Below are positions 7,759 through 16,304 of a DNA stretch of 64,000 nucleotides, piece after piece. Numbering within the stretch: position 1 is the first letter of the stretch; every line of letters starts with the position of its first letter. The translations under genes and the position numbers were made by a program. The notes under the pieces were generated by a model. The model was not told the DNA's origin. It saw only the letters and a list, made by a program, of their open reading frames with translations, and ran no database searches. The DNA comes from Pedosphaera parvula Ellin514 (lineage in GTDB: Bacteria > Verrucomicrobiota > Verrucomicrobiia > Limisphaerales > JADJPG01): contig CALQPR010000014.1 of NCBI GenBank assembly GCA_943332515.1, positions 27,283 through 91,282 of the forward strand, in the 5' to 3' direction.

Positions 7759-10142
7759 CGCGGGAGGGCGTCCGGCATGGCACTGGAGATTGGCCCGATG
7801 TAGCTGGTGGCGACGACGACGTGATCAAACCAAACCTTGATGCGATGTCCGGCCGGCTTCTGCGTGAACACATACAGCCAGACGTAGTTCACGTTTAACT
7901 CCGGCACCGTGCGCCAGCGGAAGCCTTCAAACGGCGCGCCACCTTCCGGCACGTCGAACTCACGCCGGTCGCCAGCCGAATCATCCCAACGAATCCCACG
8001 CCCACCTTTGCCGGGAAAAAACTTGTCGAACGTCCAGCGACCCTTGGGAAATCCTTTACCGAGGTGGCTGATGAGTGTCCCGTCGATCCAAAGCGCCTGC
8101 TCACCGTTCGAATCATTCAGATCGTTCATCTGGATCATTTGCTCCACGCAGATCCATCGGCCCTTCTCCACTCGGAGCTTCGGTTCATGCACGAAGCTGT
8201 TGCCCCATGTCTGGCCGCGTGGCGGACTGCCGCGCATCTCGGCCCAATAGGTGTAGAAGTCCCAGACCCACGCTGATCCGAACGGCTCAATGCCCGACCA
8301 GAAACTCTTCGCGCCATCGGTCCGTTGACCGGCCTTCACACTCGGCCAAGGTGTCGCCGGATAATTCCCGCCGAGACAGGTTCCGAAGTGATGAACCTCT
8401 CCGCAGTCCGGATCGAACTTCACGTAGTAGCGGGCAAAAACGCGGTCGTAGCCCCACCCTCCGCTCGTGTTACGAAGCCGGCGATAGAGCTGACCTCCTG
8501 GACCGCTCTGACGATCCATGAGCAACGACTGCTTGCCGCGGCTTCCTGCAGGAACATCGGACGTGAACGACATGCTATTCGTCGCGCCCGCCGTATCCCA
8601 CCGCTTCGCGAGCGTGTCGATGGATGGCTCCTCAAAGTCTTCTGTGAAAATGACGCGCGGATCACGCTCGATCCCGACATCTCCCGGAAAACCGAGAGCG
8701 ATGCTTGGAGCGTTGGTGATTTCGGCGGCGTGAGTGATTGATGAATTCAGGAACAGCACGGCTCCTGCGCCGGCTGGCTTTTTGAATTCGTGCATCGCAC
8801 CGCCGGCGACGGATTCTCCCATGATCGTCTTCCCGTCAACGGGCTGAATCCATTCCACTCGGTAGGTCGTCGAGTCCGTCCGCAGATCGAGCGAGACCGT
8901 GTCGACTTCAGGTAGATAGATAACGTAGGCCTTGCGGGGCTCCGCGAGGCAATAGAGCGACGAGGCGAGCTCGGGCCGCGGGACCATCCCGCCCAGATCG
9001 AGGCGTTCCGCGAGCCGGCGGCTCTGACCCATTGCATGACGAACATCGGTCCAACGGTTGGTCGCACCGCTTCCGAGCACCGAGTGATCGTAGGGGTCCA
9101 TGAAGATCGGATTCAGGCCGCGGCAAAAGCTTTTCCACACCCACGGCACGTCGCCGCCGATGCCCCAGAGGTGATCGGTGTCGCTGAGCACGACGCGTCC
9201 CTCGATGTCAGAAGGCGGATTCGTCTGGTAGTTGAATTTGCCGGCATCGGAATTCGGCGAGATCCAATCGGCTGGGCTTTCGTAGAGTGCCTGGTTCATA
9301 CCGCGCTGCCTCGGATTCCCCGATTGTTGAAACGTCATGCCGACCGGATGTTGACTGGGCTTGTGCTTCTCGTAGTCCTTGATGAACCGGATGAAGTGAT
9401 ACTGCCACTGCGTCGAGTAGCTGCCGCTCTCGTTGGCGATCTCGTAGAGCACGTTGTCGCAGTCTTGGAGCGTATCGACGACCTTGAGCACGTAACGCTC
9501 CTGAAGTTCGCGCACAGCCGAGGACTGGAGCGTGTGAATCTCAATCCCCACGCCGTCGCCATTGATGCCTCCGTCCACGCGATTGACGTTGTTCTCACGA
9601 TGAAACGGATGCGCCTTCCATGCGTTGGTAATGCGCTGAAGCCCCCAGCCTTCGAAGAGCATCACAGCGACGTAGATTCCATTGTCACCCGCAGCCCTCA
9701 CGCGGGAACGGAGCCGGGCGAAGTAACCCTCGTCAAACTCGTCGAGATTGAATCGCGGTTGGTCGTCGAGCGCGTTTCCCGGACCAGAGCGTTTCCACGG
9801 ATGCGGTGTGACGTGGTGCAAGACGAGATTCTCATTGAGGGTCGTCTCCCACGAGGTGAGTTCCCAGCGCCAGAGCCGGATGAAGTTGTGATGATGCGCT
9901 GTGAGGAAACGGAGGTAGGCATCGAAATCAAATGCGGCCGGCCGGCGATTCGTCCCGATGTCCGGAAGATTGTTCCACGTATGAGAACCAGTGAGATAGA
10001 CCTCCTTGCCATTACCATCGGCGAAGTAGCGCGGGTTCCCCGGATGCAACCACAGCGGCCCAGAAGCGGGAGACTGCGGGAACACCCGACCTGCGGCCAA
10101 CAAAAGACCGGCGAGGAAAACCAATCGAATGATGGTCGCCAT
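7755..10142 (-). CDS. Secreted glycoside hydrolase (GH5-like TIM barrel) fused to a ConA-like/polysaccharide-lyase-like C-terminal domain
   Basis: True start at MATIIRLVFLAGLLLAAGRVFP (signal peptide, ATG at 10142). VLYEIANESGS looks like the GH5-type NE acid/base motif. The C-terminal ~270 aa (YYVKFDP...ALWIDG...VWFDHVVVA) looks like a jelly-roll. The ORF-track N-terminus (10143-10298) runs through the tRNA. Confidence 0.7.
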   Translation of the reverse strand: MATIIRLVFLAGLLLAAGRVFPQSPASGPLWLHPGNPRYFADGNGKEVYLTGSHTWNNLPDIGTNRRPAAFDFDAYLRFLTAHHHNFIRLWRWELTSWETTLNENLVLHHVTPHPWKRSGPGNALDDQPRFNLDEFDEGYFARLRSRVRAAGDNGIYVAVMLFEGWGLQRITNAWKAHPFHRENNVNRVDGGINGDGVGIEIHTLQSSAVRELQERYVLKVVDTLQDCDNVLYEIANESGSYSTQWQYHFIRFIKDYEKHKPSQHPVGMTFQQSGNPRQRGMNQALYESPADWISPNSDAGKFNYQTNPPSDIEGRVVLSDTDHLWGIGGDVPWVWKSFCRGLNPIFMDPYDHSVLGSGATNRWTDVRHAMGQSRRLAERLDLGGMVPRPELASSLYCLAEPRKAYVIYLPEVDTVSLDLRTDSTTYRVEWIQPVDGKTIMGESVAGGAMHEFKKPAGAGAVLFLNSSITHAAEITNAPSIALGFPGDVGIERDPRVIFTEDFEEPSIDTLAKRWDTAGATNSMSFTSDVPAGSRGKQSLLMDRQSGPGGQLYRRLRNTSGGWGYDRVFARYYVKFDPDCGEVHHFGTCLGGNYPATPWPSVKAGQRTDGAKSFWSGIEPFGSAWVWDFYTYWAEMRGSPPRGQTWGNSFVHEPKLRVEKGRWICVEQMIQMNDLNDSNGEQALWIDGTLISHLGKGFPKGRWTFDKFFPGKGGRGIRWDDSAGDRREFDVPEGGAPFEGFRWRTVPELNVNYVWLYVFTQKPAGHRIKVWFDHVVVATSYIGPISSAMPDALPR

Positions 10143-10174
10143 GACGCCGGAAAAGATCACTGATTCTTTAAGGA

Positions 10175-10250
10175 TGGTGGAGCCTAAGGGATTCGAACCC
10201 TTGACCCCCACAATGCCATTGTGGTGCTCTACCAACTGAGCTAAGACCCC
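10175..10250 (-). tRNA. tRNA-Ala (anticodon GGC), CCA encoded
   Basis: Minus strand reads GGGGTCTTAGCTCAGTTGGTAGAGCACCACAATGGCATTGTGGGGGTCAAGGGTTCGAATCCCTTAGGCTCCACCA. Clean cloverleaf, anticodon loop AUGGCAU, G3:U70 Ala identity pair, GGTTCGAATCC T-loop. Confidence 0.95.
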
Positions 10251-10341
10251 ATCCGTTCGGGGAGTGATACCGTAGAAAATGTAGACAGGCTTTGTCAAAA
10301 ACTATTTCCACGATCAACGCGCAGACGCGAGGAGGCACCGC

Positions 10342-10375
10342 AATAAAAATAGGCGGGCACCTTGCGGTGCCCGCC
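10342..10375 (-). terminator. Rho-independent terminator (minus strand) between a small AT-rich transcription unit and tRNA-Ala
   Basis: 10-bp stem GGCGGGCACC / GGTGCCCGCC (10352-10361 / 10366-10375) with 4-nt loop. On the minus strand it is followed by TATTTTTATT. Confidence 0.65.
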
Positions 10376-10677
10376 CAACCCAAACAACCTAGCAACCCCC
10401 TTTTCCGCTCAGAAATAAGCGCGATAACGCTTCGCTCTCATGAGGCGTTTCCACCCCGATTCGAGCTCGAATCATCGTTACTTACACCGACGTGCGCCTC
10501 GGAGGATTCTTCAAAGATTTCCGGATTGAATTGTAAAGACTGCTCTCCAAACCCGAAGCCGACAACGTCACCTTTATTATGCTCCGTCACAAAATGTAAA
10601 AACATTGTGACATTGCTGTAACAACATGCTAAAAACAACCTGTCCACCGAACCCAAACGTAGTAACTAGCGTTTTTT

Positions 10678-13600
10678 ATGCGTACCAGTTGTTTATTGCT
10701 CGTTCTCCTCACTGCGGCGGCGACCCTCCAAGCTCAGGATACCACCCCACCCACTCTCGCCAGAGTCACGCCGGCCCCCAATACGGCGGTGCGATCCTTG
10801 ACTGAGGTTGAAATAGTGTTCAGCGAGGCGGTCAACGGCGTCGACGCCGGCGACCTGCTGTTGAACGGGGTGGCGGCGACGAATGTTTTTGGAGGGGTTC
10901 CCGGCCAGTATGTCTGGCAATTTTCCCAGCCTGCCACTGGCGCGGTGTCCATCGCGTTCATCGTGGCGCACGGGATCACGGACCAGTCGCCAGAGGCCAA
11001 GCCGTTTGGCATTGCCTCGTGGAACGTCACATTTGATCCCAACGCCACGGTCTATGGCGTGGTGATCAGCGAGTTCATGGCACAGAACGACAACGGCATT
11101 CGCGATGAGGACGGAGATAACTCCGACTGGATCGAGCTTTACAACGCAGGCACCGAAGTCGTGAACCTCAATGGCTGGTTTCTGACCGATGACATTTTGA
11201 ACCCGACGAAGTGGCGCATCCCGTCGGTATCAGTATCGCCATCAAGCTACCTGCTGGTCTGGGCGTCGGAGAAGGATCGCACGAATCCCCTGCACACCAA
11301 TTTCAAGCTCGAGAAGGACGGCGAGTATCTGGCGCTCCTCGATCCTGTCGGCAACGTGGTGTCCGCCTTCGCACCTTCCTATCCGCGGCAGACGCCAGAT
11401 GTTTCTTACGGCCGTGACCGCATCGATCCGACTCTGGTCGGGTTCTACACGAACTCGACGCCGAGGAACAACAACACGGTAGCCGGGACGGCGGTGCTCC
11501 CGGATGTTCAGTTTTCCCGTTCAAGCAGCACGTTTGTGGATCCGTTCCAACTCACCTTGAGCCTGGATAACACCAACGGGGAGATCCGCTATCTGGTGGT
11601 CACCGATCGGATGTCGGCGACGAACGTGAATTTTCTGAGCATCACGAACCTGAAGCCCTACACCGGCCCCATCACGATCCAGAGTTCGTGGCAGGTTCGG
11701 GCGCGCGCCTTCCCCAAGGCGGGCCGGCCCTTCTTTCCGGGCAATTTCCACACCGAGAGCTACATCCAACTCAATCCCAATGTCCTGAACTTCAGCTCCG
11801 ACCTGCCCCTGGTGATCATCCATGATTTCGCCGCCGGCCCTTATGACCAGTCCGGCCAGCGCGAGGAAACGTCCGTGATTGCGACCTTCGAGCCGGGCTA
11901 CGGCCGGAGTTCGCTGACGAATCATCCGGTGCTCGTCTCCCGCGCCGGGGCGAACGCGCGCGGTTCCAGCACGTTGGGTTACGCCAAAGCCAGCCTCGCG
12001 GTCGAGCTTTGGAGCGAGTTCAACGAAGACGAGAACAAACCGATGCTGGGCATGAAGGCCGAGTCCGACTGGGTGTTCTACGCGCCGAACAACTTCGAGC
12101 CGGTGCTCTTCCACAACCCGCTCTACTACCAGTTGAGCCGCGACGTGGGCCGCTGGGCGTCCGACACGCGCTATGCCGAAGTGTTCCTCAACACCGGCAA
12201 CGGTCCGGTGGGCACTAACAACTACAACGGCGTTTACGCCGTCGAAGAGAAGATCAAGCGCTCGAAAAACAGGTTGGACATCTCCCAGCTGGACGCCGCG
12301 GACACCAACGCCCCGGCAATCACCGGAGGCTACATCATGAGCATTGACCGCGTGGACGCCGGCGAGGCGACGTTTACCACGGCGGGATTAACGGGGGTAG
12401 CGGGCCAGCCATTGATCTCCTACGATCCCAGCAGCCGCGACGGCTTCAATCCCAGCGGGGCAGGAACTCGTGATCCACAGGAGCGTTACATCCTCAACTA
12501 CCTGAACGCGATGGTCACCAATCTGGCGTCAGCGACGTACACGAACGTGCCCAAGCTCTACGAGCAGCAGATCGACGTGGACTCCTGGATCGATCACATC
12601 CAGATCGCGATGATGTCGTACAACGTGGACGCCATCCGGCTGAGCGGTTTCCTCCACAAGGATCGCGACAAACGGATCGAGTTCGGACCCGCATGGGATT
12701 GCGACCGATGCATGGGATCCACCGACGGACGGGATCTCCAGCCGCGGACGTGGACGGGCACCGGCGATCGGACTGACTTCTTCAACATCGGCGGCTCGTT
12801 CGGCAATCCGTGGTATTCGCGACTGTTCCGGGATCTGGACTTCTGGCAGAAGTATGTGGACCGCTATCAGGAGCTGAGGCAGGGAGCGTTTAGTCTGACG
12901 AACATTTTTGCCCGGATCGACCAGAACGTGGCGACATTGGCGGAGGCCCAACCGCGCGAGTTCAGCAGGTGGAAGGTAGCGCCTCGCAAGGCCACCGCCA
13001 ACGCCGGCGGCACCTACACCCTGACGACAAGCGGTGCGACCTATGCCACTGAAGTGGAGTGGAAGAAAGAGTGGTTTACGGCGCGGTTTAATTTCCTCGA
13101 TACGAACCACCTTAATCGTCCGCAGTTGAGCTCCAGTGGAGGAAGCGTAACGAACGGGATGTTGGTGACGCTGACGCCGGCGGCCAAAGCAGGCAGCTAC
13201 GTTATCTACACACTGGATGGCACTGATCCACGGGCAGCGCACGGCCGGATTTCATCCACGGCGCTGTCGAACCTTGGGCCGGTGACGATCACCATCACCG
13301 AAAATGTCCGGGTCGTGGCGCGCTCCTTCAATCCCACCCACAGCAACCAGACGGGCGCGGACAAGCCGCCTTTGTCCACACCGTGGTCCGGTCCGGTTGC
13401 GGGCACGTTCTACACCTCAGTTCCGCCGCTGCGCATCACCGAGATCATGTATCATCCGGTCGATCCCGCCTCTGGCAACGCCAACAACCAGGACAACTTT
13501 GAATACCTCGAAGTAAAGAACATCGGAGCGACACCGCTCAACGTGAACCGTTTCCGTATTCGCGGCGGCTTGGATTTCGATCTCCCCAATGAAGTCCTGG

Positions 13601-16188
13601 CCCCTGGCGAGCACGCAGTCATAGTGAAGCACCTGGCCGCATTCCGGGAGCGTTACGGCTCCGGCCCACGCGTTCTGGGAGTTTACACTAACGACAGCCT
13701 CGCCAACGATGGTGACCGACTCATCCTCGAGGGCGGACTGCGCGAACCGATCCTCGACTTCACCTACGATGACAAGTGGTATCCCATCACCGATGGCCGC
13801 GGCTTTTCGCTTCAGATTGTGAACGATGCCGCCACTACGGACACTTGGGGATTGAAGCCCAGCTGGCGTCCCAGCGGAGTGTTGAACGGCACTCCAAGCG
13901 CTGCGGACCCCGGCGCTTCCACCATCGCCGCGATCTACGTCAACGAAGCTTTGACCCACACCGATCCGTCTCCCGGAGATGCCATCGAACTCTACAATCC
14001 CACGGGAAGCCCGGTGAACATCGGTGGGTGGCTTCTCACCGATGATTTCAATACGCCCAGGAAATTTATAATCCCGAACGGCACAACGGTTCCTGCGAAT
14101 GGATACACGGTCTTCTACCAGAGCAACTCATTTGGACTGGATGCAAACAGCTTCGGCGGGACGAATGGTTTCGCCCTCAGTTCAAAAGGAGAAGATGTCT
14201 ATGTCTTCTCGGCCGATGGTCTCGGCAATCTGACCGGCTGGGCGAATGGCTACTCCTTCGGCCCTCAGGCCAACGGTGCCACCTTTGGTCGCCACGTCAT
14301 CAGCACTGGCGAGGAACTTTTCGTAACCCAATCAACTCCCACACTAGGTGCTGCCAATTCGGGCCCGAAGGTCGGCCCCATCGTCATCTCCGAGATCAAT
14401 TACCATCCGCCGGATATCCAAGGTTTACGTGAGACCTTCGACAACAACTTCGACGAATACATCGAGCTGCAAAACATCAGCGACTCCAGCGTGCCTCTGT
14501 ATGATCCGCTGAACCCCGCCAACACCTGGCGTCTGCGCGATGCGGTGGACTTCACATTCCCTGCTGGTGTTGTCATGCCTGCCAGAAGCTATGTTCTGCT
14601 GGTCAGTTTCGACCCGTCGAACAGTGCGGCCCTCGCTGCATTCAGAAATAACAATGGTGTCGCGGCAGGAACCCAAATCTACGGGCCGTGGAACGGCCAA
14701 CTCGACAACTCCTCCGACAGGATCGAATTGGTGCAACCCGATCTTCCGGATCCGGTGGGAACACCTACTGCGGGATTTGTGGCTTACATTCTAGCCGACA
14801 AAGTGGCTTATGAAGATACGTTGCCTTGGCCGACAGGACTTCCGGACGGTTTGGGCGCCGTCCTCGCTCGCGCAGACACTAGGGCCTATGGCAACGATCC
14901 CGCCAACTGGCGAAGCGCACCCAAGACACCGGGCGCACCGCTTCCCACGGGTGGCATTCCAGCGGCCATCGTGGTCCAACCGGTCAGCACTTCGGGTGTT
15001 GAAGGCCAGTCCGCCAGCTTCTCGCTAACCGCCACCGGATCAGCTCTCGGATACATCTGGACCTTCAACGGCAAGCCCCTTTCCGTGGCTTCCTCGCCCA
15101 TTTTGGCGTTAAACAATCTAAGCTTGGACCAGGCTGGCGTTTACTTGTGTTACGTCTTCAACACGGCCGGATCGGTGCAAAGCAGCAGCGTCACCCTGAC
15201 CGTCCGCAAGATTCCTCGCATAGATCTGCAGCCGGTGAGCCGTGCCGTTTACATCAAGCCCGATCCAAAGGCGGCCAACCTGCCCAATGGCACGAACGTC
15301 ACCTTCTCCGTCGCGGCCACCAGCAGCGAGCCGCCACTCTCCTATCAATGGCGCTTCAATGGCGTCGCCATTCCCGGAGCGACGGGCGGCTCCTACACCG
15401 TGTTGGACGTGCAGTTGGATGAGGAAGGCGACTACTCGTGCGCCATCTCGGATGGGACCGGGACGATTTACAGCACACCCGCGCGGCTCGCCCCGTGGCT
15501 GCAACCGGTCATCATCCAGAAACCCACGGACATCACCGTGGCCGCCGGCAGCGACTTCACCGCCAGCGTGGAGATCACCGGAAACCCTGCGCCCTTCGCC
15601 TACAGCTGGCGGCGCAACCTCGGGTCCGTGGTCGTCAACACCAACTCCGGCAGCTACAAGACCAACTTCATCACGCTGAACACCGTCACCGCACAACTGG
15701 TCCTGACGAACAACATCCAATCGTCCAACTTCGTCATGCGCCTGGTGGTCTATAACGACGCCAACACCGCGCCCGGTGTCACCACCACGTTCAACGTAAC
15801 CGTGCTCGAAGACTCCGACCGCGACGGCATCCCAAACTCAAGCGAGCTCAGTCTCGGTCTGGACATCAACAATGCAGCGGACGCGGCGGGCGACCTGGAC
15901 CTCGACGGCATGAGCAATCGCGCGGAATTCATCGCCGGCACCGACCCGACGAACAGCCTGAGCTACCTCAAGATTGAGACAGCAGTCACGCCCGGCACGT
16001 CGTCGGTGCAGTTCGGCGGAATCTCCAACCACACCTACACCGTCCAGTTCACTGACAGTCTCGGCGCGGGAGCCTGGATCAAGCTGGCGGACCTCGCGGC
16101 ACGCTCCACCAACTTCACCGTGCAGATCCCGGACCCGACCGCGACGACTAATCGCTTCTATCGCGTCGCCACCCCGCGGCAACAATAG
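10678..16188 (+). CDS. Giant secreted multidomain protein: Ig-like N-domain, 4 lamin-tail (LTD) domains, CotH kinase-like domain, 3 Ig (I-set-like) domains, TSP3/dockerin-like Ca-binding repeat, FYRV-terminated C-terminal module
   Basis: Signal peptide MRTSCLLLVLLTAAATLQA. LTD signatures: ISEFMAQNDNGIRDEDGDNSDWIELYN, ITEIMYHP...FEYLEVKN, YVNEAL...DAIELYNP, ISEINYHPP...EYIELQN. CotH-like core: LPLVIIHDF...YAEVFLN...YNGVYAVEEKIKR. Ig: GVYLCYVFNTAGS, GDYSCAISDG. DSDRDGIPN...DLDLDGMSNRAEFIAGTDPTN. Tail NRFYRVATPRQQ*. Confidence 0.85.
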   Translation: MRTSCLLLVLLTAAATLQAQDTTPPTLARVTPAPNTAVRSLTEVEIVFSEAVNGVDAGDLLLNGVAATNVFGGVPGQYVWQFSQPATGAVSIAFIVAHGITDQSPEAKPFGIASWNVTFDPNATVYGVVISEFMAQNDNGIRDEDGDNSDWIELYNAGTEVVNLNGWFLTDDILNPTKWRIPSVSVSPSSYLLVWASEKDRTNPLHTNFKLEKDGEYLALLDPVGNVVSAFAPSYPRQTPDVSYGRDRIDPTLVGFYTNSTPRNNNTVAGTAVLPDVQFSRSSSTFVDPFQLTLSLDNTNGEIRYLVVTDRMSATNVNFLSITNLKPYTGPITIQSSWQVRARAFPKAGRPFFPGNFHTESYIQLNPNVLNFSSDLPLVIIHDFAAGPYDQSGQREETSVIATFEPGYGRSSLTNHPVLVSRAGANARGSSTLGYAKASLAVELWSEFNEDENKPMLGMKAESDWVFYAPNNFEPVLFHNPLYYQLSRDVGRWASDTRYAEVFLNTGNGPVGTNNYNGVYAVEEKIKRSKNRLDISQLDAADTNAPAITGGYIMSIDRVDAGEATFTTAGLTGVAGQPLISYDPSSRDGFNPSGAGTRDPQERYILNYLNAMVTNLASATYTNVPKLYEQQIDVDSWIDHIQIAMMSYNVDAIRLSGFLHKDRDKRIEFGPAWDCDRCMGSTDGRDLQPRTWTGTGDRTDFFNIGGSFGNPWYSRLFRDLDFWQKYVDRYQELRQGAFSLTNIFARIDQNVATLAEAQPREFSRWKVAPRKATANAGGTYTLTTSGATYATEVEWKKEWFTARFNFLDTNHLNRPQLSSSGGSVTNGMLVTLTPAAKAGSYVIYTLDGTDPRAAHGRISSTALSNLGPVTITITENVRVVARSFNPTHSNQTGADKPPLSTPWSGPVAGTFYTSVPPLRITEIMYHPVDPASGNANNQDNFEYLEVKNIGATPLNVNRFRIRGGLDFDLPNEVLAPGEHAVIVKHLAAFRERYGSGPRVLGVYTNDSLANDGDRLILEGGLREPILDFTYDDKWYPITDGRGFSLQIVNDAATTDTWGLKPSWRPSGVLNGTPSAADPGASTIAAIYVNEALTHTDPSPGDAIELYNPTGSPVNIGGWLLTDDFNTPRKFIIPNGTTVPANGYTVFYQSNSFGLDANSFGGTNGFALSSKGEDVYVFSADGLGNLTGWANGYSFGPQANGATFGRHVISTGEELFVTQSTPTLGAANSGPKVGPIVISEINYHPPDIQGLRETFDNNFDEYIELQNISDSSVPLYDPLNPANTWRLRDAVDFTFPAGVVMPARSYVLLVSFDPSNSAALAAFRNNNGVAAGTQIYGPWNGQLDNSSDRIELVQPDLPDPVGTPTAGFVAYILADKVAYEDTLPWPTGLPDGLGAVLARADTRAYGNDPANWRSAPKTPGAPLPTGGIPAAIVVQPVSTSGVEGQSASFSLTATGSALGYIWTFNGKPLSVASSPILALNNLSLDQAGVYLCYVFNTAGSVQSSSVTLTVRKIPRIDLQPVSRAVYIKPDPKAANLPNGTNVTFSVAATSSEPPLSYQWRFNGVAIPGATGGSYTVLDVQLDEEGDYSCAISDGTGTIYSTPARLAPWLQPVIIQKPTDITVAAGSDFTASVEITGNPAPFAYSWRRNLGSVVVNTNSGSYKTNFITLNTVTAQLVLTNNIQSSNFVMRLVVYNDANTAPGVTTTFNVTVLEDSDRDGIPNSSELSLGLDINNAADAAGDLDLDGMSNRAEFIAGTDPTNSLSYLKIETAVTPGTSSVQFGGISNHTYTVQFTDSLGAGAWIKLADLAARSTNFTVQIPDPTATTNRFYRVATPRQQ

Positions 16189-16216
16189 TCACGGGGGGCA
16201 ATCCCCTCCAAAACAC

Positions 16217-16251
16217 AACCGCCGCAGACCAACGTCAGCGGCGGTTTTTTT
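16217..16251 (+). terminator. Rho-independent terminator of the giant gene
   Basis: Stem AACCGCCGC / GCGGCGGTT (16217-16225 / 16238-16246) followed by a T7 run. Confidence 0.8.
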
Positions 16252-16304
16252 GCTGTTAATCGACACTCAGATTCCGCCCAAGCCAGGCAGCGACAGACCT
16301 GACT

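Noticed and set aside
10143-10298. N-terminal 52 codons of the 847-aa ORF-track protein (MTKPVYIFYGITPRTDGVLAQLVEHHNGIVGVKGSNPLGS...)
   Set aside because: This stretch is the translation of the tRNA-Ala gene and its flanks. The real protein starts at the signal peptide MATIIRLVFLAG (ATG at 10142).
10140-10680. tRNA-Ala as an integration hotspot for a genomic island
   Set aside because: I noticed no integrase, transposase or phage-like ORF on either side and no duplicated copy of the tRNA 3' end. The flanking large genes have native GC3-rich codon usage. Only the ~250-nt AT-rich patch is atypical.
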